Virus record (IMG/VR): IMGVR_UViG_3300015177_000008
Span: 32,001 to 96,000 of that record
Length of the DNA stretch: 64,000 nucleotides
Direction: 5' to 3' (one strand)
DNA from: a virus
Lineage: Duplodnaviria > Heunggongvirae > Uroviricota > Caudoviricetes
How positions within the stretch are numbered: position 1 is the stretch's first letter; each line of letters opens with the position of its first letter. Positions 37,700 to 46,552 of this stretch are shown here, piece by piece. The translations under genes and the position numbers were made by a program. The notes below the pieces were generated by a model. The model made no database searches. It had not been told where the DNA came from and saw only the letters and a program-made list of their open reading frames with translations.

Positions 37700-39605
37700 A
37701 GCTGCGCCCCTCTTTAACTTCCAGCGTAATAGTTTCCCGGAACCATGACTTCATCTCTTTATGGGAGATAATCAGCACAGTACCTCGCTCGCGAGCTTTG
37801 GACTCCAGAATACCCATGAGGCGTTCAAGACCGGCTGTATCGAGTGCATCGTCAATTTCGTCGCCGATAAACAAATCGATGTTTTTACTCGCCCGGTTAC
37901 TAACCAGATCCTGCAATGCCAAAGAACACGCAATGCGAACCTTCCGCTTCTCACCACCAGAGAGGGTTTGGAACGACTTACTTGAACCTTTCTTCTGCAC
38001 ACTAATGTTGAATTTGTCGCGATACTCACCTTTTTTAGTGACATCCATCGTCGACCACTCAGCAGTAATGTTCCCGTCAGACAACGTATTGAGATATTCG
38101 GCTGTGCGTGTATTCAGGAAAGGCGTAACAGACGTCAAAATATGAGAACGCACCCCGGCAGGAGAGTAGACCTGACGAGCTTTTTCCAATAGCAACGTTT
38201 GTTCCTGAATAGCCTTCAACTCATCTTTTAAGGACTTGAAGGTAGACTTACTGGATACCAGGTTATCTTCGTGTCTGGCGATAAGAGCAATAAACGGATT
38301 AATCTCTTTTGATATACGATCGACCTCAGTGCGAGCACGAGTCACAAGAGACTCAATAGCAACAACCTCCTTCTCACGATGACGCAAAGATGAGAGTTGT
38401 TTCGTAAGCTCTTCAATCCGGGCAATGATAGCAGTTACATCAGGTGTCGTTTTAACAAGGGCAGACTCAATGCTTAACGCTTTCTCAAGATTCGTTTTGT
38501 GTTTAGCCATTGCCTCTGCAAGTGTCTTCGCCTGACCAATTTCCTGACGTGCTTGTTCAATGAAATTCTCCTTCACCGTTGATAGATCTTCTTCGCAGTA
38601 GGCTTTGCCACAAGTAGGGCATGGTGATCCCACTTTAGTACCAACCTCTTCTGCTTTGGTCTTAAAATTACGCGCGCGGTTCATTGCATCAGCCTGACTA
38701 TTTTCTGTAGCTTTGATGCTTGCCCGAATATCAGTTATCGCACCACGAACTTTGAGCAACTTGGCGTCATGTTCTTCTTTTGAGGCTAACTTTTTGCGCT
38801 CCCTTTCGATTGCCTTCTCGGTATCACGTATCTGTTCGGGAAGAGTGCGGATCTCAAGTTCAACTTCCGTTAACTCAACTTCGGCACTGGCCAGCCCAGC
38901 CTGGGCATCGTCATAACGTTTAGAACGCTCTTGCTCCCATGATTCAGAGGAGGCTTTCGCTGACTCAATTTCTGACTGTGTTGCCTCAATGGTCGAGATT
39001 GTCGACTCCAATTTGGTTTTAACCACATCCATACGTGCGGCAGCTGCATTAGCTCGCTCACGAGCAATAGCGTAGGCGCGTGTCAGTCTGTCAACGCCAG
39101 CGGCTTCTTCTACGATGGTTTTGAGGTTTTTGTCGGACATTCCAGGTAAATCTGGCATAGCTTCTTGGCTCGCATAGATGGAAGCCATGAAAACCTCTTT
39201 AGATGCACCGATCAGACGCTCGACGAACTCCTGCGTCAGCGCATCTTTGCCTTTCGTCATATCGCCATCTTCACCACGAACGATAAGACGATTTTTGAAC
39301 TCTTTGTGTTTACGGTGACGAATGATTGCGTATCTCTTGCCTTCATCCTCGATGGTTACTGCAACACGACAGTTCTTTTCATGGTCGGTAGACAACACAT
39401 CGTCACCCTTCACACCATGAGCTGTTTCGCCATAAAGACACCACATCAGGCTATTCATTAGAGTTGACTTTCCAGAGCCATTACTTGATGCGGAACTATC
39501 ATCACTATTAACACCCTGAATGAGCACTAAACCACGCTGATCTAACTCGACCTCCGCGCTGGCGATAGCCATAAAATTCTCAACCTGGAGCTTTAAAAAC
39601 TTCAT
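37689..39605 (-). CDS. SbcC/Rad50-like recombination ATPase (T4 gp46-like)
   Basis: Walker A GVNSDDSSASSNGSGKST, long coiled-coil middle with CPTCG zinc hook, C-terminal ABC signature and Walker B. Confidence 0.88.
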   Translation of the reverse strand: MKFLKLQVENFMAIASAEVELDQRGLVLIQGVNSDDSSASSNGSGKSTLMNSLMWCLYGETAHGVKGDDVLSTDHEKNCRVAVTIEDEGKRYAIIRHRKHKEFKNRLIVRGEDGDMTKGKDALTQEFVERLIGASKEVFMASIYASQEAMPDLPGMSDKNLKTIVEEAAGVDRLTRAYAIARERANAAAARMDVVKTKLESTISTIEATQSEIESAKASSESWEQERSKRYDDAQAGLASAEVELTEVELEIRTLPEQIRDTEKAIERERKKLASKEEHDAKLLKVRGAITDIRASIKATENSQADAMNRARNFKTKAEEVGTKVGSPCPTCGKAYCEEDLSTVKENFIEQARQEIGQAKTLAEAMAKHKTNLEKALSIESALVKTTPDVTAIIARIEELTKQLSSLRHREKEVVAIESLVTRARTEVDRISKEINPFIALIARHEDNLVSSKSTFKSLKDELKAIQEQTLLLEKARQVYSPAGVRSHILTSVTPFLNTRTAEYLNTLSDGNITAEWSTMDVTKKGEYRDKFNISVQKKGSSKSFQTLSGGEKRKVRIACSLALQDLVSNRASKNIDLFIGDEIDDALDTAGLERLMGILESKARERGTVLIISHKEMKSWFRETITLEVKEGRSYVV

Positions 39606-39834
39606 ATAACACCTCTGATACCGTGTGTTAGCTTTTGGCCTTCTTTCAATCTGAACTCCGTATGCGCCGGGAAGGATCTGCGCCTCAATACGCCTTTTCT
39701 TGTTAACCTTCCAAGATAAAACGCTACGGGATTTCCTTGTGGGGGGTAGGGCTTGTGAAACATCACCGTCTGGCCTCGTTCAAGTCTTTTCATCGTGATG
39801 GCAAAGTCTCGAAAGCTCCCATAACGACTTTGCT

Positions 39835-40920
39835 TCACACAGCCTCCGAACTCTCCGCTTCGGTGAGGATTTCCTGACACAAAATATCCAATTTGCTCAG
39901 ATCAAATCCGCCGTCAGTATCGTGGACAATCTTGCAATAAGCAGATACCGACTCTCCCAGGCTATCGATTTTGCTGGTTTCAGTTGTGCTGGCTGTCCCT
40001 TCCATCATTGATGACTTACGGATGAAGTTGCACACGACACCTTTTGCACCCATTGTTTTGAGGATGTTCTGGTACTTAATGCCTTCTTCATCGTTCTCAA
40101 TTACGGCGCGGAAACGCACGTAGTTGCCGCGAATTTGGTCATCAGCAACATCATCTTCCAGGTTAATGAATTTAGGCGCACTGGTTTCGTAGTGACTGAA
40201 ACTGCCGTCCGGGTTTACGATCATGTAGCCAGCCAGAGATCCAACATCTCCCCAATTTTGATGAGTCAGTGCACCGACACTGATAACTCCAGGAATGACC
40301 TCTTTGTGGTTGTGGTAATGCCCACTAAGCACGAGACGAAAGCCGATATCCTTTAACTCCTGCGCATCGATACCGACGTCAGGCATTGTTGGAATGGCTT
40401 TGTTAATGGATGTATGGATAACAACGTCATGGTTATCACCTTCTACGCTCTTACGTAATGCTTTCAGATCGCTGATAAGCTCCGCATGATTGTTACGCCA
40501 GCTAATCAGGTGGACAGTCACATCACCAATTTTTATTGAGTGTGGGCGCTTGCCACATACGATTACCACGCCGATAGAACTCAGCGATGCTGCTGCGTTG
40601 GCGCTATATACTGAATCGTTGGTTTCAAGATCGTGATTACCGGCCAGCATTACTACTGTCAGATCAAGCTCGTTGATAATCCACTTGTACGTTTCAGTTA
40701 CGTAATGCAAAACAGAAGGGGACACAGTTCCTCGGACGTGAAATGTATCACCGGCAACCAACATGTACTTACAACCGGCCTTCTTCATGGCGATGGCTGC
40801 TTCTTTCGTTGCTTCCAACTGTATTTCAAGTCTGGAGTTAAGCCCCTCAGCGTTCGTCGTGGAGAACGCATCCCATTTGTGGTAGTGGCAGTCAGAAATG
40901 ACGCCGTATGGCAAAGTCAT
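39835..40920 (-). CDS. SbcD/Mre11-like nuclease (T4 gp47-like)
   Basis: Calcineurin-like phosphoesterase motifs SDCHYH, GDTFH, GNHD, GHYH. Confidence 0.9.
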   Translation of the reverse strand: MTLPYGVISDCHYHKWDAFSTTNAEGLNSRLEIQLEATKEAAIAMKKAGCKYMLVAGDTFHVRGTVSPSVLHYVTETYKWIINELDLTVVMLAGNHDLETNDSVYSANAAASLSSIGVVIVCGKRPHSIKIGDVTVHLISWRNNHAELISDLKALRKSVEGDNHDVVIHTSINKAIPTMPDVGIDAQELKDIGFRLVLSGHYHNHKEVIPGVISVGALTHQNWGDVGSLAGYMIVNPDGSFSHYETSAPKFINLEDDVADDQIRGNYVRFRAVIENDEEGIKYQNILKTMGAKGVVCNFIRKSSMMEGTASTTETSKIDSLGESVSAYCKIVHDTDGGFDLSKLDILCQEILTEAESSEAV

Positions 40921-41033
40921 GTATTTTTCCTTTGTGGTTATTTTGATACAAATTCTAAGAGCAATGAGGAGGTAAACAACTATGCATAACGGTATGTTAG
41001 GAATGAAACGAGTGCCTTAATATACAAAATTTA

Positions 41034-41053
41034 TAAGTAAGTATATACCTATT
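41034..41053. promoter_or_regulatory. Family-2 palindrome upstream of the sbcD-sbcC operon
   Basis: ataagtaagtatatacctat within the AT-rich leader. Confidence 0.4.
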
Positions 41054-41174
41054 TATTTTGGCGTGAAGTTGCTTGTCTATATGGCTAAAAATAAGACAAC
41101 GTCACTGTAGAACGAAATGAGAGCGATTTTGAGGAGGCGTAGATTCTATCTACGCCAATATGCGATCTGGAGGG

Positions 41175-41819
41175 TTACAGCGCGTCAGTGGTCTTTTTAC
41201 GCGCTGCGTTTATGCTTATGACGCCAGCTTTTGGACGTGGGTCAACAAGGTTAAGTTCTTCTTCACTGTGGTATTCGAGGTCGAACTCACGTTTTACATG
41301 TCTGATGTAGATTGCGGTGAGCAGGCTATCTTTGGTCAGAAAGTGTCCGTAGGATTTGCGGATCACTTCTTCTACCTTCTCGATTTTCTCACCACCCATA
41401 CAGAGATGATTAAACCGGCTGTGTTTCCGCAACATTTCGTCTACTGGGCCTGAGTAAACCTTGTCTACTTTCCCAAAACGGATGATTTTTCCTGTGTCTG
41501 CGGATACGAGGCAAATCAGCTTGTCTGGTGATAAACGATCTCGCCACGTCACACCTGAACGGAGTGTGTTGAAGTAGGGGGCATCCAATCCGATGATCGG
41601 TTTACGAAATGCGAGTAATGGAACGTACCTGATGCAACTGTTTAAATGAAAATTCACACCAGCCTTATCAAGTTTAATTCTGGTTTCGTAGATCGGGCAC
41701 TTCGCCGCTATACCGCAGATGTCACAAAGCAACTTCTGCTTATTCAGGTTGGAATTTGATTCGATAGTGTAGGAGCCGTCTTCAAGACGACGAACCCAGC
41801 GCGTGCGTTTTAGATCCAT
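41175..41819 (-). CDS. Hypothetical protein (214 aa) with Cys cluster
   Basis: ORF-track ORF; CDICGIAAKCP motif. Confidence 0.5.
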   Translation of the reverse strand: MDLKRTRWVRRLEDGSYTIESNSNLNKQKLLCDICGIAAKCPIYETRIKLDKAGVNFHLNSCIRYVPLLAFRKPIIGLDAPYFNTLRSGVTWRDRLSPDKLICLVSADTGKIIRFGKVDKVYSGPVDEMLRKHSRFNHLCMGGEKIEKVEEVIRKSYGHFLTKDSLLTAIYIRHVKREFDLEYHSEEELNLVDPRPKAGVISINAARKKTTDAL

Positions 41820-41897
41820 ATGTCATTTTTCTGTGATTGTTAGCCGAGGCAACGATAACCCACCAGGTGCGCCGAAGGTAGTAAATGCCTGTTTTAA

Positions 41898-41978
41898 TTA
41901 TTCACATATCCACAGGATAGATCCTAATAAAGAGATCCATAGATAGATCCTTGTATAGATCAAATAAGATCCCCGATC
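41898..41978. promoter_or_regulatory. Origin-like region: two DnaA-box-like 9-mers plus six GATC sites in 59 bp
   Basis: TTATTCACA (41898-41906) and ATATCCACA (41906-41914); GATC at 41920, 41934, 41946, 41958, 41968, 41975 within AGATCC-type heptamers. Confidence 0.6.
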
Positions 41979-42018
41979 GCTGTAAGCCGCGCCACGACTG
42001 GTCTGAAGCCATGTTCAT

Positions 42019-42120
42019 GTATGCTGTCAGCGGTAATTGATAGTCTGTCAGCGGTTCACCGTATGCTGCCAACTGTTTTTGGTATTCTGTCAGCGGCAAA
42101 TCAAGTATGCTGTCAGCGGT
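42019..42120 (+). repeat. Upstream iteron array (5 copies of GTATGCTGTCAGCGGT, 22-bp spacing)
   Basis: Copies at 42019, 42041, 42061, 42083, 42105 immediately upstream of repA. Confidence 0.75.
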
Positions 42121-42140
42121 TGAATGACAAAGGTGTCCAC

Positions 42141-43235
42141 ATGTCCACAAAAAATAAAAAAGGTAAAAATAACAAAGAAGTAGAAGATAATCTCGACAAC
42201 TTTGAAGAAGGTTCCCTTGAATTGTACACAGGGGAACTTGTCCCTAATAGCAACAATACAGTCCAACCAATTGCGTTGATGCGGCTGGGATTGTTCGTGC
42301 CCACGCTCAAGGGGACAAAATACAGCAAGCGTAACAAGCCAAATGAGATCGATGCTTCAAAGGAGCTTGTTCAGCTCGAAGTAGCCCGTTCTGAAGGCTA
42401 TTCCGATATCAAGATAACCGGTCCTCGTCTCGACATGGATCATGATTTCAAAACGTGGGTGGGCGTTGTGCGTTCGCTGGCAGAATACGGCGAACCTAAC
42501 GGTCGTGTCGAGTTAAGCATCACGAAATTTGCGAAGTTTTGTGGCTATCCATCGTCACAGATCCGCAAAACACTCCGCGACCGGCTTACAAACAGTCTTT
42601 TGAAGATCATGCGTACAACTCTGTCTTTCCAGAGAACATATGAAGAAAAGAACGTCGACGGCTCTAACAAGATCTCGCTTCTGATGGTGCACCTCATCAA
42701 TAGCGTGGACTACAACGAGCAGAAAGATACGGTGGTGTTCTATGCAGAACCGAAGCTGGCCGAACTATATCGCTTTGACCATAAGGTTCTTTTGCAGTTA
42801 AAGGTTATCAATAAGCTACCACGCAAAGAAACAGCACAGGCTCTGTACACCTTCATCGAAAGTCTTCCAACCAAGCCTGCGCCGGTGTCGCTTGCTCGAT
42901 TGCGTGCGCGACTCAATTTGAGTAGCAGGAATGTCAGCTCGCAGAATCAGACTATACGCAACGGCTTAAAAGCTCTCCAAGATTTGGGCTATCTCGAATA
43001 CAGCGAGATTAAGCGAGGGCGGTCGATCTATATCCAGATTCACAGCCGTAATCCAAAACTTAAAGTCGCACCGCCAAAACCTGAAGACATCGAACCCAAA
43101 AAAACAGATGAGAAAGCCGGGGAAATTGATGCTAAACAGAACATTATCAACAAGATAACTGAGCTTTCGCAGAATTTGACGCCTGAAAATATCAAGATGA
43201 TTGAGATCCTTTCCAATAGTCTCAAACTGCTTTGA
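42141..43235 (+). CDS. repA: Iteron-type plasmid replication initiator (RepA-like), 364 aa
   Basis: ORF flanked on both sides by arrays of the same iteron; start at ATG 42141 with SD aaaggtg; basic Lys-rich N- and C-termini. Confidence 0.8.
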   Translation: MSTKNKKGKNNKEVEDNLDNFEEGSLELYTGELVPNSNNTVQPIALMRLGLFVPTLKGTKYSKRNKPNEIDASKELVQLEVARSEGYSDIKITGPRLDMDHDFKTWVGVVRSLAEYGEPNGRVELSITKFAKFCGYPSSQIRKTLRDRLTNSLLKIMRTTLSFQRTYEEKNVDGSNKISLLMVHLINSVDYNEQKDTVVFYAEPKLAELYRFDHKVLLQLKVINKLPRKETAQALYTFIESLPTKPAPVSLARLRARLNLSSRNVSSQNQTIRNGLKALQDLGYLEYSEIKRGRSIYIQIHSRNPKLKVAPPKPEDIEPKKTDEKAGEIDAKQNIINKITELSQNLTPENIKMIEILSNSLKLL

Positions 43236-43766
43236 TATGCTGTCAGCGGTGAAATGTATGCTATCAGCGGCTATTTTTCTGAAAAGTATGCTGTGAACGG
43301 TTAAAGATATGCTACCAGCGGTATAGTGAGATGAACGTATGCTGTGAGCGGTAAATCATCTATCACCACTCAATGCTCTGTCATACCTCCCCAGTGGTTA
43401 CTAACCTCGAAGAGTGCATTCCATATAGGTTTGCGCTCACTAACATTCTATTGCTATTGCGCTGATTGCTTGTAGTGAAAGGCATTTATTGCCTGCTGCT
43501 CCCTGATAGAACGTATGCTGTCAGCGGTGTTTTATTGAGGAATTTTTGTTTGGATATGCTATCAGCGGTAATTAATGGTATATGTCAGACCTTCGTATGC
43601 TGCCAGCGGTAATTTTGTTCTGGTTATACCCATACCGGTACACATTATTCATGCAATGTCTTAAGTATGCTGTCAGCGGTAAAAAATCGAGTAAAGTATG
43701 CTGTGAGCGGTGAGATAGACTCTCGATATGCTATCAGCGGTAGTTGATTGTGTATGCTGTCAGCGG
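43234..43766 (+). repeat. Downstream iteron array (about 12 copies in two groups), incA-like
   Basis: Copies at 43234, 43256, 43286, 43306, 43336, 43512, 43553, 43594, 43664, 43694, 43724, 43749; first overlaps the repA stop. Confidence 0.8.
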
Positions 43767-43814
43767 TGACGACTATGAAATATGACTGCGGAACGTGCCG
43801 CAGTCAGTTTGCAT

Positions 43815-44027
43815 TTAGTGTATTTTCTTTAACAGACCCCAAAGTGTTCCGGCTTTTGTAGTCAGTTTTCCTGTTTCTGGATCGTACATACGCCATTCAC
43901 GCCGCTGGTGGACGATATACCCATCTTCACGTTCCAGACGCTCAAGAATGCCAGGTTGCTTGAAACCCTTAGCACGCCAGTAGCCGCTTGTTTTCTCGAT
44001 TTCCAGACCTGCCAGTGTTAATGCCAT
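43815..44027 (-). CDS. Hypothetical protein (70 aa)
   Basis: ATG overlaps stop of the upstream gene (TAATG). Confidence 0.45.
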   Translation of the reverse strand: MALTLAGLEIEKTSGYWRAKGFKQPGILERLEREDGYIVHQRREWRMYDPETGKLTTKAGTLWGLLKKIH

Positions 44028-44362
44028 TATTCAACCTCCTTGCAGTCATCGAAAAGGTAGCTTTGCTGAGAAGCGTGAACGCCATAGAAGCCCTTGTATT
44101 TGTTGTATACGAAGTGGTCTTCTCCGACGCCGGTTAATTTGCCATTACGGTTTGTGAGATATGGGGATGACAACACTCGATCGTCACGCACAACATAGAA
44201 CTGGTCGCCGCTGTCTACGACCATCGCTCCATATGGTGCTTTTATGACGTCGGTAAGAGCGCCATTCTTAACGTCGGCTACAGACATTTCACACTGATAA
44301 ACAGTGGTGTCGGCCACAACGATCGAAGAAAGGAACAACAGCGCGAATGGGATGGCCTTCAT
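44027..44362 (-). CDS. Secreted protein (signal peptide), function unknown
   Basis: MKAIPFALLFLSSIVVA signal-like N-terminus. Confidence 0.5.
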   Translation of the reverse strand: MKAIPFALLFLSSIVVADTTVYQCEMSVADVKNGALTDVIKAPYGAMVVDSGDQFYVVRDDRVLSSPYLTNRNGKLTGVGEDHFVYNKYKGFYGVHASQQSYLFDDCKEVE

Positions 44363-44538
44363 GCTGCCACCTCTTTGATTACATCAAATGCTGAATTAAA
44401 TACGAGCACGATAGCCAAAGCGTTTATGACTACGTCGTTCACCGGGGAAAAGACTTTACGAATGACACCGGTGAAAATGCAGTCGATGACAAAAGCTATT
44501 GAAACGATGAGTAACAAGTATTCAATAAAAATCTTCAT
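44359..44538 (-). CDS. Small membrane protein (59 aa), hypothetical
   Basis: Not in ORF track; stop overlaps next ATG (ATGA); two hydrophobic segments. Confidence 0.35.
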   Translation of the reverse strand: MKIFIEYLLLIVSIAFVIDCIFTGVIRKVFSPVNDVVINALAIVLVFNSAFDVIKEVAA

Positions 44539-44577
44539 GATAGGTAGATACTAACTTATATAAATTTTACTGTAAAC

Positions 44578-44853
44578 TCACTCAAAAGTGCTGATGCTTA
44601 AAATACGCTCAAGATGTGCGGCATCTTCATCACTGATTTGTTGAGTCTCTTCTACGTACCAACAGTTGCCGTTATGCCAACAAACACCATCATCATCAAC
44701 CATCACTGAATCAGCGTCATGACCTGTATATTCAACGAGAATACGCTGGATCAGCGCGTCAGTTTCTTCGTCGTTAAGGCCATCGGCTTTGACCATAAAA
44801 ACCGGAAACACGTCATAGACAGTGCTGGTAACGATTCGAACTAAAACTCTCAT
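44578..44853 (-). CDS. Hypothetical acidic protein (91 aa)
   Basis: ggaaaaacacATG start context. Confidence 0.45.
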   Translation of the reverse strand: MRVLVRIVTSTVYDVFPVFMVKADGLNDEETDALIQRILVEYTGHDADSVMVDDDGVCWHNGNCWYVEETQQISDEDAAHLERILSISTFE

Positions 44854-44908
44854 GTGTTTTTCCTTTTGTGGTTAGTGTTTACTTATTTTGTTAGTTATGA
44901 ATAGGCGA

Positions 44909-45334
44909 TCAATCTTCTTGTTTAGGGAAAAACTGTTCAATAACTCTGTCAACGGCTGTGTCTATATGGAGTAGATGCCACACAACCATATCTTTGCTTC
45001 CCATGCCTTGTGTGAATATCACGTCATACTTACGCCATGCGCAGTGGAACCAATATGCTGAGTCATCAATTGGTAAATCCTCTCCCGCCTCTTTGAAGTA
45101 TTTCAGCAGCATTGCCTGCTCTGCCGTTGGCGTTGGGCCTATTTCCTGAGCGTACATACGGATGAATCGCTGCCAGTCTGTCTCGTCGGGAGTTGGATCT
45201 GGTGGATTCATTTCGGCGATAGCTTTTCGCAGCTGATGCGCCCAATCAGGTTCAGGAAAGCCTTTTGCTACTTCATCATCAATAACATCCAGAGCCACGT
45301 TTGCGGCATCGTAGAGTTTCTTAATAGCTGTCAT
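44909..45334 (-). CDS. Hypothetical protein (141 aa)
   Basis: Motif aaacaagttgttttcttaa at 45351-45369. Confidence 0.5.
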   Translation of the reverse strand: MTAIKKLYDAANVALDVIDDEVAKGFPEPDWAHQLRKAIAEMNPPDPTPDETDWQRFIRMYAQEIGPTPTAEQAMLLKYFKEAGEDLPIDDSAYWFHCAWRKYDVIFTQGMGSKDMVVWHLLHIDTAVDRVIEQFFPKQED

Positions 45335-45383
45335 GTTTTCTTAACCCTTTAAACAAGTTGTTTTCTTAATAGGATAATTGCGA

Positions 45384-45409
45384 TAAAAAAGGCGTCCAAC
45401 TGGACGCCT
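45384..45409 (-). terminator. Rho-independent terminator (minus strand)
   Basis: On the minus strand aggcgtccagttggacgcct followed by TTTTTT; downstream of the 45426-46256 gene. Confidence 0.55.
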
Positions 45410-45425
45410 GAACTTTTAAGGGGAG

Positions 45426-46256
45426 TTATTTCACTGTAATGAAAGGAGTGTTAGCCCCTTGAGTCATGTACTGCGGTAACTGGCCATTCCATTTATTGAT
45501 GGCTTCCAGCTCCATAACGTTCGGGTTTTGACGCAGAGCTTCACCGCGCAGACGAATGGCGTCTGCTTCTGCTTGCGCACGAGCACGGATAGCATCAGCT
45601 TCACCATTAGCCTGTTCACGCAGCATATTCGCCTCAGCTTTACGTTGTTCAACTTCCTGCTGACGTTGCAGAGTACGCTGGTTAGCCGTTACTTTGGCGT
45701 TAATAGATTCAATGACGGTTTTTGGGTAATCAGGCTTTCCAACCCATGACAAGCTCAGTACCTCAATACCAACCGGAGACATCTCTTTCTGAATATCTTT
45801 CAGTGCGTTGTCCAGCAATTGTGCCTTACCACCGTCGATAAATGAGTCAGTGGTCATACGGCTGGCCAAACGGTTTAGAGAGTCGGCAATTTTCTGACGC
45901 AGATCTGATTCGGTGATATCGTCTACGCCTTTGCGATAGGTCTGGAACACCGTCGTTACCTTGTCACGATTAACCAGATACGCAACGCCAATTTTGTGAC
46001 CAATAGCAGTACCGTCACTCATCTGGAATGTGAACGGCTCGTCGTAGGTCTTCATTTGTTTGAAGGTCGGGAATACGTAAAGTTCGGTGTTAAGACCTGT
46101 CCATTGGCGACCAACGCCAACCACTTCACCAATCCCTTTGTCTTCACCTAATTTGTTTACTTTGATGCCAACGTATCCAGACTCCACGCGATCGCAGCCA
46201 GTAAGACCCATTGTGCAAATAGCCGCCAGAGCAACTGCAAGTAAACCTTTCTTCAT
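45426..46256 (-). CDS. SPFH/band-7 (prohibitin-like) domain lipoprotein
   Basis: Lipobox-like LTGC at N-terminus; SPFH-like core; C-terminal Ala/Glu/Arg-rich coiled coil. Confidence 0.65.
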   Translation of the reverse strand: MKKGLLAVALAAICTMGLTGCDRVESGYVGIKVNKLGEDKGIGEVVGVGRQWTGLNTELYVFPTFKQMKTYDEPFTFQMSDGTAIGHKIGVAYLVNRDKVTTVFQTYRKGVDDITESDLRQKIADSLNRLASRMTTDSFIDGGKAQLLDNALKDIQKEMSPVGIEVLSLSWVGKPDYPKTVIESINAKVTANQRTLQRQQEVEQRKAEANMLREQANGEADAIRARAQAEADAIRLRGEALRQNPNVMELEAINKWNGQLPQYMTQGANTPFITVK

Positions 46257-46259
46257 TAC

Positions 46260-46460
46260 TTATTTCCCCTTTGCTTTGATTAATGAGTTGATAAACTTAC
46301 GACCAGCAATAAGACCGATTACAGGAGCACCAAAACCAACGATAACTCCAAACATGACGGCTAAATCACTCTTGGTAGAAATCAGCGACGGAACCAGTAA
46401 TCCGTAGATGAGAGCCACTGAAAGGCCTGTGGCTACTGCCAATAGATAGATTTTGATCAT
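46260..46460 (-). CDS. Small membrane protein (66 aa), possible partner of the SPFH protein
   Basis: Two hydrophobic helices; 3 nt upstream of the SPFH gene start. Confidence 0.45.
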   Translation of the reverse strand: MIKIYLLAVATGLSVALIYGLLVPSLISTKSDLAVMFGVIVGFGAPVIGLIAGRKFINSLIKAKGK

Positions 46461-46491
46461 GTGTTTTCCTATGTGGTTGTTATGTGAAAAT

Positions 46492-46509
46492 GATAAGTAA
46501 GTACTTATA
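46492..46509. promoter_or_regulatory. Family-2 palindrome ATAAGTAAGTACTTAT
   Basis: Perfect 7-bp arms ATAAGTA/TACTTAT about 35 nt upstream of gene 46260-46460. Confidence 0.45.
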
Positions 46510-46522
46510 TATTTTCAAGAAA

Positions 46523-46547
46523 TAAAAAAGGCGTCCTGTGGACGCCT
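46523..46547 (-). terminator. Rho-independent terminator after recA (minus strand)
   Basis: On the minus strand aaggcgtccacaggacgcct followed by TTTTTT. Confidence 0.55.
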
Positions 46548-46552
46548 TGTGT

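Noticed and set aside
39602-39880. 92-aa ORF between the SbcD-like and SbcC-like genes
   Set aside because: Overlaps the SbcD-like 3' end by 46 bp, has no SD and a basic low-complexity translation; more likely the intergenic promoter region for the SbcC-like gene.
41902-42150. 82-aa minus-strand ORF across the origin and iteron region
   Set aside because: It is made of iteron and GATC-repeat sequence; repeat-derived ORFs are artefacts here, and repA upstream sequence is expected to be noncoding.
42019-43766. Iteron arrays considered as a possible CRISPR array
   Set aside because: Repeat unit is only 16 bp with variable 6-55 bp spacers, the arrays flank a Rep-like gene, and no cas genes are nearby; the pattern fits plasmid iterons.
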